From positions 1 to 62,475 of the forward strand of contig JAYZQJ010000183.1 of the NCBI GenBank assembly GCA_036149055.1: a stretch of 62,475 nucleotides of DNA, given 5' to 3'. Source of the DNA: Myxococcota bacterium. GTDB taxonomy: Bacteria; Myxococcota_A; Polyangia; Polyangiales; Sandaracinaceae. The position numbers were made by a program, and so were the translations under genes. The notes under the pieces are model-generated. The model saw only the letters and a program-made list of their open reading frames with translations, was not told the DNA's origin and did no database searches. Every line of letters begins with the position of its first letter. The stretch's first letter is position 1. Shown one piece after another: positions 16,747 to 27,273 of this stretch.

Positions 16747-18612
16747 GTGGATTTTCACATCGACGGGAACGCGGCCTTCACCGTGGCGGCGGCGCTCGCG
16801 GCCGGCATGCTCGGCCAGGCGGCGGCCCAGCATGCGCGGCTCCCGGGCATCGTCCTGCTCCTCTTCATCGGGTTCCTGCTCGGCCCCGACGCGGCCAACG
16901 TGGTCCAGCCGGAGGCGCTGGGCGACGGCCTGCACCAGATCGTGGGGTACGCGGTCGCGGTCATCCTGTTCGAAGGCGGCATGAGCCTGAACATTCGCCG
17001 GCTGCGCCGCGAGGAGCGACCGATCCGGCAGCTCGTGACCGTCGGGGCGCTGGTGAGCCTGGTGGCGGGCGCGGGGCTGGTCTGGCTCGCCAAGGGCTGG
17101 GAGTGGCAGCGCTCGCTGCTGTTCGGGACGCTGGTCATCGTCACCGGCCCCACCGTGGTGACCCCGCTGCTCCGCCGGATCCGGGTGAAGAAGACGCTCT
17201 CGACCATCCTCGAGGCGGAGGGCGTGCTGATCGACGCGATCGGGGCGATCACCGCCGCGGTCGCGCTCGAGCTGGTGCTGCAGCCGAGCAACGACGCCGC
17301 GTTCCTGGCCGGGCCGAGCGTCTTCGGGCGCCTCGCCTTCGGCGCGACCTGCGGGCTGATCGGCGGCGGGATCCTCTCGCTCATCCTCCGCTACCGGAAC
17401 GTGATCCCCGAGGGGCTCGAGAACCCGTTCACGCTCGCCTGGGCGGTCCTCGTCTACCAGGTCGCCAACGTGACCATTCACGAGACCGGGATCGCGGCGG
17501 TCACGGTGGCCGGCCTCGTGGTCGGCAACACCCGCACCCACGTCGGGCGGGAGCTGCGCGAGTTCAAGGAGCAGCTCACGGTGATGCTGATCGGGCTGCT
17601 CTTCGTGCTGCTGGTCGCCGACGTGCGCCTCCACGACGTGATGTCGCTCGGCTGGTCCGGGCTGATGGTGGCCCTGGGCTGCGTGTTCCTGGTCCGGCCG
17701 CTCAGCGTCGCCGCCGGGACCTGGGGCACGGAGATGAAGCCGCAGGAGCGGGCCTTCACCGCCTGGATCGGCCCGCGCGGCATCGTCGCGGCCGCGGTCG
17801 CGTCCCTCTTCGGCTACGAGCTCGAGCGGGTCGGCCTCGCCGGCGGCTCCGAGCTGCGGGCGCTGGTGTTCCTGGTGATCGGCGTGACCGTCTTGTGGTC
17901 GGCGCTGACCGGCCCGCTCGCCGCGCGCTTCCTCACCGTGAAGGCCGGCGAGAACGACGGCTGGATGATCGTCGGCGGCAACGCGCTCGCCCGCACGATC
18001 GGGCGCCTCCTGTCCGAGAACGGGCAGAGCGTGGTGCTCGTCGACCACGATGCGGCCCACATCAAGGCGATCGAGGAGGCGGAGCTGCGCGCGATCCACA
18101 AGAACGCCCTCGAGAAGGCGGCGGTGGAGATGGCCCAGCTCGACACGCGCATCGGCGCCCTGTCGGTGACCTCCAACGAGGAGGTGAACTTCCTCTTCGC
18201 CCAGCGCGCGCGGCACAACCGCGCCGAGCTGCGCTTTCCGGTGGCCGTCACCAGCTGGTCGCGCGGGGTCACCCCGGCGATGGTCGAGGAGATGGGGGGC
18301 GAGGTGCTCTGCGGCGCCCGGGTCGAGGTCTCCGAGTGGTCCGAGAAGATCGAGCGAGGCTACGCCGAGGTGATCTGGTTCGAGCAGACCGGCAAGGACG
18401 ACGGGAGCGTGCTCACCGGCGAGATCACCCGCCCCGGCTACCTGCCCCTCGCCTGCTGCAAGAAGGGCGGCCCGATCGCCCCGGTGACCTCCGAGAGCCG
18501 CTTCGCCAAGGGCACCCGGGTCGCCTTCCTGGTCGAGGAGGATCACGCCGAGCGGGTGACCCGCGCCCTCCAGAAGTCGGGGTGGAGCGCCCTCCCCTCG
18601 CTCGACTCCTGA
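16747..18612 (+). CDS. CPA1/NhaP-type cation:proton antiporter with C-terminal RCK/TrkA-N domain
   Basis: [40 protein letters not shown]; soluble Rossmann-like tail. Confidence 0.9.
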   Translation: MDFHIDGNAAFTVAAALAAGMLGQAAAQHARLPGIVLLLFIGFLLGPDAANVVQPEALGDGLHQIVGYAVAVILFEGGMSLNIRRLRREERPIRQLVTVGALVSLVAGAGLVWLAKGWEWQRSLLFGTLVIVTGPTVVTPLLRRIRVKKTLSTILEAEGVLIDAIGAITAAVALELVLQPSNDAAFLAGPSVFGRLAFGATCGLIGGGILSLILRYRNVIPEGLENPFTLAWAVLVYQVANVTIHETGIAAVTVAGLVVGNTRTHVGRELREFKEQLTVMLIGLLFVLLVADVRLHDVMSLGWSGLMVALGCVFLVRPLSVAAGTWGTEMKPQERAFTAWIGPRGIVAAAVASLFGYELERVGLAGGSELRALVFLVIGVTVLWSALTGPLAARFLTVKAGENDGWMIVGGNALARTIGRLLSENGQSVVLVDHDAAHIKAIEEAELRAIHKNALEKAAVEMAQLDTRIGALSVTSNEEVNFLFAQRARHNRAELRFPVAVTSWSRGVTPAMVEEMGGEVLCGARVEVSEWSEKIERGYAEVIWFEQTGKDDGSVLTGEITRPGYLPLACCKKGGPIAPVTSESRFAKGTRVAFLVEEDHAERVTRALQKSGWSALPSLDS

Positions 18613-18656
18613 GGCCCTCGTGGTACATCCGCAGGTCTCGACGGGAGTCAGGGGAC

Positions 18657-19382
18657 ATGGGACGCATATTCGAGACCCGCAAAGCCACGATGTTCGCCCG
18701 GTGGGACAAGATGGCGAAGGCCTTCACCCGGGTGGGCCGCGAGATCGCCGTCGCCGTCAAGCAGGGCGGCCCCGATCCGGCCGCGAACCCGGCGCTGCGC
18801 CGCGCGATCCAGAACGCGCGCGCGGTCAACATGCCGAAGGACAAGATCGAGAACGCGATCAAGCGCGCGCTCGGCAAGGACGCGACGGACTACCAGGAGG
18901 CGATCTACGAGGGCTACGCGCCCCACGGCGTCGCCGTCATCGCGGTCGCCGCGACCGACAACCCCACCCGCACCATCGCCAACGTCCGGGTCTGCTTCAA
19001 CAAGGCCGGCGGGAGCATCGGCCAGAGCGGCAGCGTGTCGTTCGGCTTCGATCGGATGGGCGTCTTCCGGCTGAACCCGGACGACGTGTCGGACCGCGAC
19101 GAGCTCGAGCTCGACCTGATCGATCACGGCCTCGAGGACATGGGCGAGGGCACGGGCGAGAAGGACGAGCCCCAGCTCATCGTGCGCTGCGCCCTCGCGG
19201 ACTTCGGCCGCCTCCAGGCCGCCCTCGAGGAGCGCGAGATCGAGCCGATCTCCAGCGGGAGCGAGTTCGTCCCGCAGACCACGGTGGAGCTCGACGACGC
19301 GCAGGCCGAGGAGGCCCTCAAGCTGGTCGATCTGCTCGAGCAGGACGACGACGTCCAGCAGGTCTTCCACAACCTCGCCTGA
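18657..19382 (+). CDS. yebC: YebC/PmpR family protein
   Basis: [53 protein letters not shown]. Confidence 0.95.
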   Translation: MGRIFETRKATMFARWDKMAKAFTRVGREIAVAVKQGGPDPAANPALRRAIQNARAVNMPKDKIENAIKRALGKDATDYQEAIYEGYAPHGVAVIAVAATDNPTRTIANVRVCFNKAGGSIGQSGSVSFGFDRMGVFRLNPDDVSDRDELELDLIDHGLEDMGEGTGEKDEPQLIVRCALADFGRLQAALEEREIEPISSGSEFVPQTTVELDDAQAEEALKLVDLLEQDDDVQQVFHNLA

Positions 19383-20124
19383 CCGGGGCGAGGAGCGGGG
19401 CGAGGAGGGACGCCACGAAGCCCTCTCGCCGCGGGCCGGGCAGCCCGAAGGCGCCGGCTCGCGCGTCCGACGCGGTGCCGAAGAGGCGATCGATCCACGG
19501 GAACAGCGTCGCGAAGTTGGCGAGCGGCGCGTCGCGGTCGTGGTGGCGATGGTGGAAGCGCGGCGTCGCGATCCACCGCGCGAGCCAGCCGGGCGTGCGC
19601 ACGTTCGCGTGCACGAAGATGGTGTTCACCTGGAGCAACGCCACGACGGCGGCGTGCTCGGCGAGCGGCAGACCGAGGAGCGCGAGCGGCGCGTTCTGGG
19701 CGAGCGTCATCAGCGCGACCTCGAGCGGGTGCTGACGGAACCCCGCGAGCCAGTCCATGTGCGCGGCGGCGTGGTGCACGTCGTGGAGCCGGCGCAGGGG
19801 CCCGAACGCGTGCGCGGCCCGGTGGTAGGCGTAGCCGGCGAGCTCGAACACGAGCAGCCCGAGCGGGAGCGTGAGCCAGGTGGGCGCCCCGGAGAGCGGC
19901 TCGGAGAGCGGCGCGGCGAGGCCGGAGAGCCCGGCCAGCGTCGCCCCGGCCAGGAGCGCGATCAGGGCGTGGGTCATCACCGCGCCGACGGTGGCGAAGC
20001 CGAGGTCGGTGCGGAGGCTGGAGGCGTCCCGCTCGGACGCGCGCGCGGGCGCGAGGCGCTCGAGGGGCGCGAAGAGCAGGCCGACGAGCCCGGCGTAGAC
20101 GAGCGGGCGGAGCCAGAAGTCCAC
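19318..20124 (-). CDS. Sterol desaturase / fatty acid hydroxylase family membrane protein
   Basis: His boxes YHRAAH, HDVHH, HAN, FHHRHH; RQHPLE; DRLFGT. Confidence 0.88.
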   Translation of the reverse strand: MDFWLRPLVYAGLVGLLFAPLERLAPARASERDASSLRTDLGFATVGAVMTHALIALLAGATLAGLSGLAAPLSEPLSGAPTWLTLPLGLLVFELAGYAYHRAAHAFGPLRRLHDVHHAAAHMDWLAGFRQHPLEVALMTLAQNAPLALLGLPLAEHAAVVALLQVNTIFVHANVRTPGWLARWIATPRFHHRHHDRDAPLANFATLFPWIDRLFGTASDARAGAFGLPGPRREGFVASLLAPLLAPVRRGCGRPAGRRRPARADRPA

Positions 20125-20128
20125 CCTT

Positions 20129-20554
20129 TCAGTACCCTACGAGGACCCGGACCTCGAGCGGCTCGCTGCGGGCGACCAGCTCGGTGCCGCGGAGGACCGC
20201 GGTGCCCGGCGGGGGCGTGATCGAGCCCGCCTCGACCCGGTGGCGACGCCAGGTGCGGCGCGTGAGCGGCCGCCCGGGGCGATGGTCGACCCGGAGCGAG
20301 AGGCCCAGCGCGCGCGCGTGACGCACCGCGCGATCGACCCGGACCTCGTCGAGCGTCGGCACCACGACCATCTCCACCTCGTCCGCCTGGATCAGCGCGT
20401 CGTCGAAGGCCCGCGGCGGGTGCACCGGCGGCTCCTCGCGGACCGGCGTCGGCGCGTCCTCGACGGCCAGCGCCCGATCCATGCCCAGCGCGGTCGTCGC
20501 CACCAGCCCCAGCGCCCCCAGCCCGCTCACCGCCCAGAGGAGAATCCGTCGCAT
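20129..20554 (-). CDS. Exported small protein with PASTA-like domain
   Basis: N-terminal hydrophobic segment; VVVPTL...A..ARALGL...V...PPPGTAV pattern resembles PASTA. Confidence 0.5.
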   Translation of the reverse strand: MRRILLWAVSGLGALGLVATTALGMDRALAVEDAPTPVREEPPVHPPRAFDDALIQADEVEMVVVPTLDEVRVDRAVRHARALGLSLRVDHRPGRPLTRRTWRRHRVEAGSITPPPGTAVLRGTELVARSEPLEVRVLVGY

Positions 20555-20593
20555 GGGGAGCCTGACAACGAGACGAGCCAGAAGTTTTGGTCG

Positions 20594-21799
20594 TCAGGCG
20601 AACGACGCGCGCCACGCCGCCCAGGTGGCCTCCGCGAGCCGAGCCCCGGTCAGCCAGAGCGCGGCGGCCTGGTGCACCAGGTAGTCGCGGAGCTGATCGC
20701 GGAGCTGCTCGTCATACGGCGCGGCCACGTTGCGGGGGTGGCCGCGGCCGAGCTGCACGCCCACGTCGTAGAGGATCTCCAGCATCTCGGGCTCGGTCAC
20801 CGAGGCGTCCTCCACCTCGAGCTCGACGTAGTCGTCGACCCACTCGTGCAGCCAGTAGGGCTGACCGTTCAGCTCGACGGCCCCCATCTCCCGGAACGGC
20901 GCGTCCGAGAGGCGGGTGGCCGCGACCAGGATGCGCAGCGGATCGGGGCGACCGGTGTAGGGCAGGCACCAGGCCTCGGGGTTCTCGGTGACCGCCTTGG
21001 CCTCGACGATCAGGTCGTCTTCGGGCGCTTCCGTCGGCCCGCGGGCCCGGACGAGGTAGTTGGTCGTCGCGCGGCTCCCCACCCCGAGCCGGTGACGCCC
21101 CACGCGAACCACCTCGAACTGGCGCCGGTCTCGCCCCCCGTCCCGGCGGGCCAGCTGGTCGGAGTAGGTCTCCATGGCCAGCTCGAGGCGGGCGCCGGTC
21201 TCGGCGTCCACCGGGAGAAACAGCGTGTCGGCCCAGGCGAGGAGGCGTCGGTGGTCGCGTCTGAACGAGGCCCTGACCCGCGCCGCCCACGCCGGCTCCG
21301 GCGCCTCCACCGAGGGCTCGTCCAGCGCGGCCAGGTAGCCGGCGAGGAACCTCGCCCACAGCGCGTTCGCGTCCCATCGCCGCGAGCGGGAGGCGATCTG
21401 GAGGGAGGTGGCGAGTCGCAGCAGGTCGATGCCCACTGGCCCGAGCGTCGCCTCGTCGAAGTCACCGAGGCCGCGGCCGAGCGAGGTGACGAGGTACTGC
21501 TCCACGTGCGCGTCGCCGTGCAGATTCACCAGCGGCCCGAGCGTCCCGACGTCGCACTCGAGGCTCGCCATGCGGCGCGCCACATAGCGGAAGTAGTGGT
21601 GCGGATCGGCGCGGAGCTCGTCCCGGAGCGCCGGCTCCAGCGCCTCCACCTCCGCGCGCGACAGCCGGAGGCGGCGCCCCAGGGGGCCGAGCTCCGTGTC
21701 GTCCAGGCGCGGCCCGAGGGTCACGCCGCACCCCGAGGCCAGGGCCAGGATCAGCGGGAGCGCGGCGCGTCGAGACGTCCGACCGAGGATCGAGCTCAC
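20594..21799 (-). CDS. DUF2252-family kinase-like protein with apparent lipoprotein signal
   Basis: DPHHYFR, LHGDAHVEQY, GDFDEA, DLLRLATSL, GVGS, EAKA; LILALASGC lipobox. Start uncertain. Confidence 0.7.
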   Translation of the reverse strand: MSSILGRTSRRAALPLILALASGCGVTLGPRLDDTELGPLGRRLRLSRAEVEALEPALRDELRADPHHYFRYVARRMASLECDVGTLGPLVNLHGDAHVEQYLVTSLGRGLGDFDEATLGPVGIDLLRLATSLQIASRSRRWDANALWARFLAGYLAALDEPSVEAPEPAWAARVRASFRRDHRRLLAWADTLFLPVDAETGARLELAMETYSDQLARRDGGRDRRQFEVVRVGRHRLGVGSRATTNYLVRARGPTEAPEDDLIVEAKAVTENPEAWCLPYTGRPDPLRILVAATRLSDAPFREMGAVELNGQPYWLHEWVDDYVELEVEDASVTEPEMLEILYDVGVQLGRGHPRNVAAPYDEQLRDQLRDYLVHQAAALWLTGARLAEATWAAWRASFA

Positions 21800-21821
21800 C
21801 CGGATGGACTACCATCCGGCG

Positions 21822-24056
21822 ATGCGCCGCGCTCTCTTCGCCCTCTCCCTCCTCTTCGTCGGCTGCGGGGACGCCCCCGCCGACACCTGCTCCAGCGCCG
21901 CCGACTGCGCCGCCGGAGAGCGCTGCGTGGACGGGCGCTGCGAGCCCGGGCTGGACGGGGGCCGCGCGGAGAGCGACGCGAGCCCGAGCGAGGACGCGGG
22001 GGGCGGCTGCCCGAGCGCCATCCTCTGCGGGAGCCCGCCGGCGTGCTGCGGCGCGGGCGAGGAGTGCATCGAGGGGGCGTGCCTCGCGGCGTGCGCGAGC
22101 GGGGTGCGCTGCGGCGCGGACCTCGCCACCTGCTGCGGGGACGGGCAGGTCTGCGTGTCGGACGCCTGCGCCGACGTGGGCGAGGCGTGCACCGACTCCT
22201 ACGACTGCCCGGAGGGCGCGTTCTGCGAGCCGACGCTCGAGCGCTGCCTGCCGCAGTTCGACCCGGTGACCTGCCGGGTGGAGCCGACCTTCGAGGCGTT
22301 CGAGCCGACCGTCGAGTGGAGCGTCGAGAGCGCGACCGAGCACCCCACCTTCGTCCAGGCGATCGTGATGCCGGCGGTGATGGACCTCGACGGCGACCGC
22401 GTGCCCGAGGTGGTGCAGAGCTTCTTCGAGGTCGGCGGGACCGAATGCCGGGGCGTCATCCGCGCGCTGCGCGGCACCACCGGAGAGGTCCTCTGGTCCG
22501 TGCGCGACGTCGACGGCGAGCAGGTCAGCGGCTGCCCGACCCACGCCCTCGCCGATCTCGACGGCGACGGCGCGCCCGAGATCGTGACCCTGCGGACCGA
22601 CGGCCGGATCCTCGCGCTCCGGGCCGACGGCTCGCTCCTCTGGCTGAGCACCCGGAGCGACGGCTCGCCTTACTCCGTCGGAGACTGGCGCACCTTCGCC
22701 AACGCGGCGATCGCGATCGCCGACCTCGACGCGGACGGCGCCCCCGAGGTGGTGATCGGCGCGGTGGTGGTGGACGCGACCGGGGTGCTCCGCTGGGAGC
22801 GGGACGCGCGCACCCTCGAGGGCGACAACGACGGCTACGCGGGCGGCCTGCCGGTGGTGGCCGACATCGACGGAGACGGCGCCCCCGAGGTCGTCACCGG
22901 TCGCCGCGCCTACGAGGCCGACGGCACCCAGCGCTGGCTCGCGCCCACCACCGACGGCTACCCGGCGATCGGCGACTTCGACGGCGACCCGCAGCCCGAG
23001 ATCGTGCTCGTCACGCAGGGCAACGTCTACCTGCTCGACGGGCTCGACGGCACCCTCGACTGGGGCCCGATCGCGATCCCGGGCGGCGGGCGCGGCGGGC
23101 CGCCGACGGTGGCCGACTTCGACGGAGACGGGCGGCCCGAGATCGGCGTCGCGGGCGGGAGCAGCTACAGCGTCTACGACCCGGACGGCCCCACCCCGGT
23201 GCGCTGGAGCCAGGCGACCCGCGACCAGAGCAGCAACGCGACCGGGTCGGCGGTGTTCGACTTCGAGGGCGACGGCGCGGCCGAGGTCGTCTACGCCGAC
23301 GAGTGTCACCTCCGCGCCTACCGCGGGGACGACGGGTCGGTGCTCTTCGAGGTCGAGAGCTCGAGCGGCACCCAGCACGAGTACCCGGTCGTCGCCGACG
23401 TGGACGGCGACGGCAACAGCGAGCTGCTCGTCGTCGCCAACGACAACAACACCCGCATCGGAGACGGCTGCCGGGCGACCTACCCCGGCTGGGCGGGGGA
23501 GCGCCACGGGCTGTTCGTCTACGGCGACGCCGCCGATCGCTGGGTCCGCACCCGCCGGGTCTGGAACCAGCACACCTACCACGTGACCAACATCAGCCCG
23601 GCGGGCGCGGTGCCGAGCGCCGAGCTCGAGAGCTGGAGCACGGCCGGCCTCAACAACTACCGACAGAACGTGCAGGGCGAGGGCGTCTTCAACGCGCCGG
23701 ATCTCTACGTGCTCGGCCTCGAGGTGTCGCTCGTCGGCTGCCCGGACGAGGTCCGGCTGAGGGCCCGGGTCGGCAACGAGGGCAACCTCGGCGTCCCCGC
23801 CGGCGTGCCGGTGACCTTCCGCCGCGGCACCGCCGCCGCGCCGGGCGACGTGCTCGGCACCGTCTCCACGACGACCTCGCTCCTCCCCGGCGCCTCGACG
23901 GTCGTCGAGCTCGACGCCGCGCTCGAGGGCGACGCGCCCTTCGCGTTCGTCGCGACGGTCGACGACGACGGCGCGGGCGCGAGCCTCACGGTGGAGTGCG
24001 ACGAGGACGACAACGAGGCGGACATCGACGGGGTCGACTGCGACATCCTGTTCTGA
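21822..24056 (+). CDS. Cys-rich FG-GAP/VCBS-repeat lipoprotein with C-terminal CARDB-like domain
   Basis: Lipobox LFVGC; repeated DxDGDGxPEI; GGPPTVADFDGDG, DQSSNATGSAVFDFEGDG, WNQHTYHVTN; C-terminal VECDEDDN. Confidence 0.85.
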   Translation: MRRALFALSLLFVGCGDAPADTCSSAADCAAGERCVDGRCEPGLDGGRAESDASPSEDAGGGCPSAILCGSPPACCGAGEECIEGACLAACASGVRCGADLATCCGDGQVCVSDACADVGEACTDSYDCPEGAFCEPTLERCLPQFDPVTCRVEPTFEAFEPTVEWSVESATEHPTFVQAIVMPAVMDLDGDRVPEVVQSFFEVGGTECRGVIRALRGTTGEVLWSVRDVDGEQVSGCPTHALADLDGDGAPEIVTLRTDGRILALRADGSLLWLSTRSDGSPYSVGDWRTFANAAIAIADLDADGAPEVVIGAVVVDATGVLRWERDARTLEGDNDGYAGGLPVVADIDGDGAPEVVTGRRAYEADGTQRWLAPTTDGYPAIGDFDGDPQPEIVLVTQGNVYLLDGLDGTLDWGPIAIPGGGRGGPPTVADFDGDGRPEIGVAGGSSYSVYDPDGPTPVRWSQATRDQSSNATGSAVFDFEGDGAAEVVYADECHLRAYRGDDGSVLFEVESSSGTQHEYPVVADVDGDGNSELLVVANDNNTRIGDGCRATYPGWAGERHGLFVYGDAADRWVRTRRVWNQHTYHVTNISPAGAVPSAELESWSTAGLNNYRQNVQGEGVFNAPDLYVLGLEVSLVGCPDEVRLRARVGNEGNLGVPAGVPVTFRRGTAAAPGDVLGTVSTTTSLLPGASTVVELDAALEGDAPFAFVATVDDDGAGASLTVECDEDDNEADIDGVDCDILF

Positions 24057-24101
24057 TCGCGAGCGTTGCGTGCCGCGGGTGAGCGGTCGATACTCCCCGC
24101 G

Positions 24102-24458
24102 ATGGGCTGGTCGTTTCGGCTGACGTCGCTGCTGCTCGTCGCGTGCTTCGCGACGGCGGCGAGCGCAGCCACGGCCCAGACGGCGGCGATCACCCTCGAC
24201 GGCGACCGGGGCCTGTCGACGCCCGCGCCGGCCGACGCGGCGCCCCTCGGCGTCCCCCTCGACGCCTTCGAGACCGAGAGCGAGACGAGCGAGACCGAGC
24301 CCGGCCGCGCCCTCGACGCGGCGCCCGACGGCGCGCGAGGATGGCGCGCGCGCCAGCTGACCGTAGCCACCCCGCGCTCCGGCCCCACGTCCGACGGAGG
24401 CGCGCCTCCGCACCCGATCGCCGCCCACGCGCCCCGCGGTCCGCCCCTCGACGCCTGA
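24102..24458 (+). CDS. Small secreted protein ending in RGPP (candidate ribosome-arrest leader peptide)
   Basis: Signal peptide (LTSLLLVACFATAASAA), disordered middle, C-terminus HAPRGPPLDA. Confidence 0.55.
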   Translation: MGWSFRLTSLLLVACFATAASAATAQTAAITLDGDRGLSTPAPADAAPLGVPLDAFETESETSETEPGRALDAAPDGARGWRARQLTVATPRSGPTSDGGAPPHPIAAHAPRGPPLDA

Positions 24459-24529
24459 ACGGGAGCCCCCCGTTCGAGTGCCTCGCCCCGCGGCGAGGTG
24501 AGCGTCGAAGTCGGACCGAAGGATCGAAC

Positions 24530-25327
24530 ATGTGGACGAACTGGCTCCCCGGCCGCGCGCCGTGGGATCTCCCCTCGCGGCGTACGTGGCTGCGGATCGA
24601 GCGAGCGGATCTCGCGCTCGCGCTGGGCGCCGTGGTGACCGCGCTCGCGGCGCCTCCGCCCGCGCAGCTCGCGGCGGGCATCGGGCTGCTGCTCTGGCTC
24701 ACCCATCAGCTCGACCGACACCGCCGCGCCGGCTCGATGGCCCTGTTCCTCGCCACCCTCTCGAGGCGGGATCCCTCGACCCTGGCCCGGAGCTCCGGTG
24801 AGCTCGCGCGACGCGCGCGGGACCCTCGGCTGCGAGCGATGCTGCTGGGGTTCTGGGCGCACGCCGCGCTGCGGGCCGGCGAGCTCGAGGGCGCGGCCAA
24901 GGTCGCGCGCCGCCTCCAGGCGCGAGGCTGGACGCCGCGGACCTGGCTCGCCTCCGCCGACCGGGCGAGGCGCTGGGGCCCGGACGCCCTGCGGGCCGCG
25001 AGCGGAGTGGTCTGCGCGCTCGCCCTGGCCGGAGCGCTCGACGCCGCGGCCGCCGCGCTGCGCGAGCTCGAGGAGGTCACGCTCGATCGGGGCGCGCTCA
25101 CCCTCCCGACCATGCTGGTGCGCGCCCTCGAGGGCGACGACGCGGCGGTCCTCTCGGCCTGGGCCGGCGCGCGCGTCCCCGCCGAAGACCAGGCGGCGGC
25201 GTGCTGGCTCGCGAGCCGCGCCCAGCTCCGGGCGAGCCGGAGCCCCTACCGCCTCGATGCCGCCACCCGCGAGCCCCCCGCCTGGCTCGAGCGCGCCTGG
25301 CCGGACAATCGACCTGACGCGGTGTAG
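24530..25327 (+). CDS. Hypothetical membrane-anchored helical (TPR-like) protein
   Basis: GAAGGA RBS; hydrophobic hairpin near the N-terminus followed by Ala/Leu/Arg helical repeats. Confidence 0.55.
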   Translation: MWTNWLPGRAPWDLPSRRTWLRIERADLALALGAVVTALAAPPPAQLAAGIGLLLWLTHQLDRHRRAGSMALFLATLSRRDPSTLARSSGELARRARDPRLRAMLLGFWAHAALRAGELEGAAKVARRLQARGWTPRTWLASADRARRWGPDALRAASGVVCALALAGALDAAAAALRELEEVTLDRGALTLPTMLVRALEGDDAAVLSAWAGARVPAEDQAAACWLASRAQLRASRSPYRLDAATREPPAWLERAWPDNRPDAV

Positions 25328-25339
25328 CATCGCAACACC

Positions 25340-25636
25340 ATGGCAGTCTCCTTCTCCCGAAACTCACCGCTCCCGTTCCTCCTCGCGGGCGGCGCCGCGT
25401 TCATCGGCGTGATGGCCTGGGGCTTCCTGCTCGCGCTCCTGACGCCGTCGTCGCCGGCGGCGGACGAGGCCTTCGGTGGCGCGATCGCCCAGATCGCGTT
25501 CGGCGTGGCGGGGGCGGGCGCCATCGGCACGCAGCTCTGGCGCACGAGCCCACGTGCCCTCGGCGTCCTGCTCGTGATCGGCGCCGGCGGGGCGGGCCTC
25601 GCGCTGCCACTCCTGCTCGCCCTGCCGCGCATGTGA
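25340..25636 (+). CDS. Hypothetical small three-TM membrane protein
   Basis: Three hydrophobic segments in 98 aa. Confidence 0.55.
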   Translation: MAVSFSRNSPLPFLLAGGAAFIGVMAWGFLLALLTPSSPAADEAFGGAIAQIAFGVAGAGAIGTQLWRTSPRALGVLLVIGAGGAGLALPLLLALPRM

Positions 25637-25717
25637 GGGGATCCCACGGTCCTTCGACAGGCGCGGGAGCATGTGGAACACTGGCTGATTCCCTCACTCC
25701 TGACGCGAGATCGAAGC

Positions 25718-27226
25718 ATGTCCGACACCCTCCCCATCATTGGTCACTGGATCGACGGCAAGAACGTGCACGGCGAGCACCGCTCGCAGGAGGTCTTCGA
25801 TCCCGCGACGGGCAAAGCGGAGAAGCGCGTCCTGCTCGCGGACGCCGAGACGGTGAGGTCCGCGATCGCGTCGGCCCACGCCGCCTACCCCGCGTGGCGC
25901 GCCACCCCGCCGCTCAAGCGCGCCCGGGTGATGATGAAGCTCCGCCAGCTGCTCGAGGCGAACGCGGAGAAGATCGCGGGCCTGCTCACCGAGGAGCACG
26001 GCAAGGTCTTCGGCGACGCGATGGGCGAGGTGCAGCGCGGCATCGAGAACGTCGAGTACGCCTGCGGCGCGCCCGAGCTGCTCAAGGGGGAGCACAGCCG
26101 CAACGTCGGCCCCGACATCGACGGCTGGAGCGAGTTCCAGCCCCTCGGCGTCACCGCCGGCGTCACCCCGTTCAACTTCCCGGCGATGGTCCCGCTCTGG
26201 ATGTGGCCGATGGCGGTCGCCTGCGGGAACACCTTCGTGCTCAAGCCCTCCGAGCGCGACCCGTCGAGCGCGCTCTTCGTCGCCCAGCTCGCCCTCGAGG
26301 CGGGCCTGCCGCCCGGCGTGCTCAACGTCGTCAACGGCGACAAGGAGGCGGTCGACACCCTGATCGACGACCCGCGGGTGCACGCGATCAGCTTCGTCGG
26401 CTCGACCCCGATCGCGGAGTACATCTACGCGCGCGGCTGCGAGAAGGGCAAGCGCGTGCAGGCGCTCGGCGGGGCCAAGAACCACGCCGTCGTCATGCCC
26501 GACGCGGACATCGACAACGCGGTCAGCGCGCTCATGGGCGCCGCCTACGGCTCCTGCGGCGAGCGCTGCATGGCCATCCCGCTGGTGGTCGCCGTCGGCG
26601 ACGAGACCGCCGACGCGGTGGTGTTGGGCCTGAAGGCGCAGATCGCCGAGATGAAGGTCGGCCCGGGCAAGGACGCGGCCAACGACATGGGGCCGCTCAT
26701 CACCAAGGCCCACCACGAGAAGGTCCTCGGCTACGTGCAGAAGGGCGTCGACGAGGGCGCGACCCTCGTCGTCGACGGGCGCGACCTGAAGGTGGCCGGC
26801 CACGAGGGCGGCTTCTTCATGGGCCCCTGCCTCTTCGACCACGTGACGCCCGAGATGGTGATCTACCAGGAGGAGATCTTCGGGCCGGTGCTCGGCGTGG
26901 TGCGCGTCTCGTCGCTCGAGGAGGCGATGAAGCTCATCGACGACCACGAGTACGGGAACGGCACCTGCATCTTCACCCGCGACGGCGAGGCGGCGCGCTA
27001 CTTCAGCGACCACATCCTCGTGGGCATGGTCGGCATCAACGTGCCGCTCCCCGTGCCGGTCGCCTACCACTCGTTCGGCGGCTGGAAGCGCTCGATCTTC
27101 GGTGACCTGCACGCCTACGGGCCGGACGCCGTCCGCTTCTACACCAAGCGCAAGCAGATCACGCAGCGCTGGCCGTCGGCGGGGGTCCGCGAGGGCGCGA
27201 AGTTCTCCTTCCCGTCGACGAAGTGA
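25718..27226 (+). CDS. mmsA: CoA-acylating (methyl)malonate-semialdehyde dehydrogenase
   Basis: TPFNFPAMVPLWM, LKPSERDP, SFVGSTP, GGAKNH, GERCMA, EEIFGPV, VGINVPLPVP. Confidence 0.95.
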   Translation: MSDTLPIIGHWIDGKNVHGEHRSQEVFDPATGKAEKRVLLADAETVRSAIASAHAAYPAWRATPPLKRARVMMKLRQLLEANAEKIAGLLTEEHGKVFGDAMGEVQRGIENVEYACGAPELLKGEHSRNVGPDIDGWSEFQPLGVTAGVTPFNFPAMVPLWMWPMAVACGNTFVLKPSERDPSSALFVAQLALEAGLPPGVLNVVNGDKEAVDTLIDDPRVHAISFVGSTPIAEYIYARGCEKGKRVQALGGAKNHAVVMPDADIDNAVSALMGAAYGSCGERCMAIPLVVAVGDETADAVVLGLKAQIAEMKVGPGKDAANDMGPLITKAHHEKVLGYVQKGVDEGATLVVDGRDLKVAGHEGGFFMGPCLFDHVTPEMVIYQEEIFGPVLGVVRVSSLEEAMKLIDDHEYGNGTCIFTRDGEAARYFSDHILVGMVGINVPLPVPVAYHSFGGWKRSIFGDLHAYGPDAVRFYTKRKQITQRWPSAGVREGAKFSFPSTK

Positions 27227-27273
27227 CCCTCACGCGTTGACGTCGGCGCATCGCTGACCACAAAGATCGACGC

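Noticed and set aside
20240..24428. Very long alternative-frame and antisense ORFs (e.g. 20240-24082, 21462-24428; likewise 7286-10114, 55309-59076, 55554-59915)
   Set aside because: Shadow ORFs are expected at this GC content because stop codons are scarce. Each overlaps a gene with recognisable motifs.
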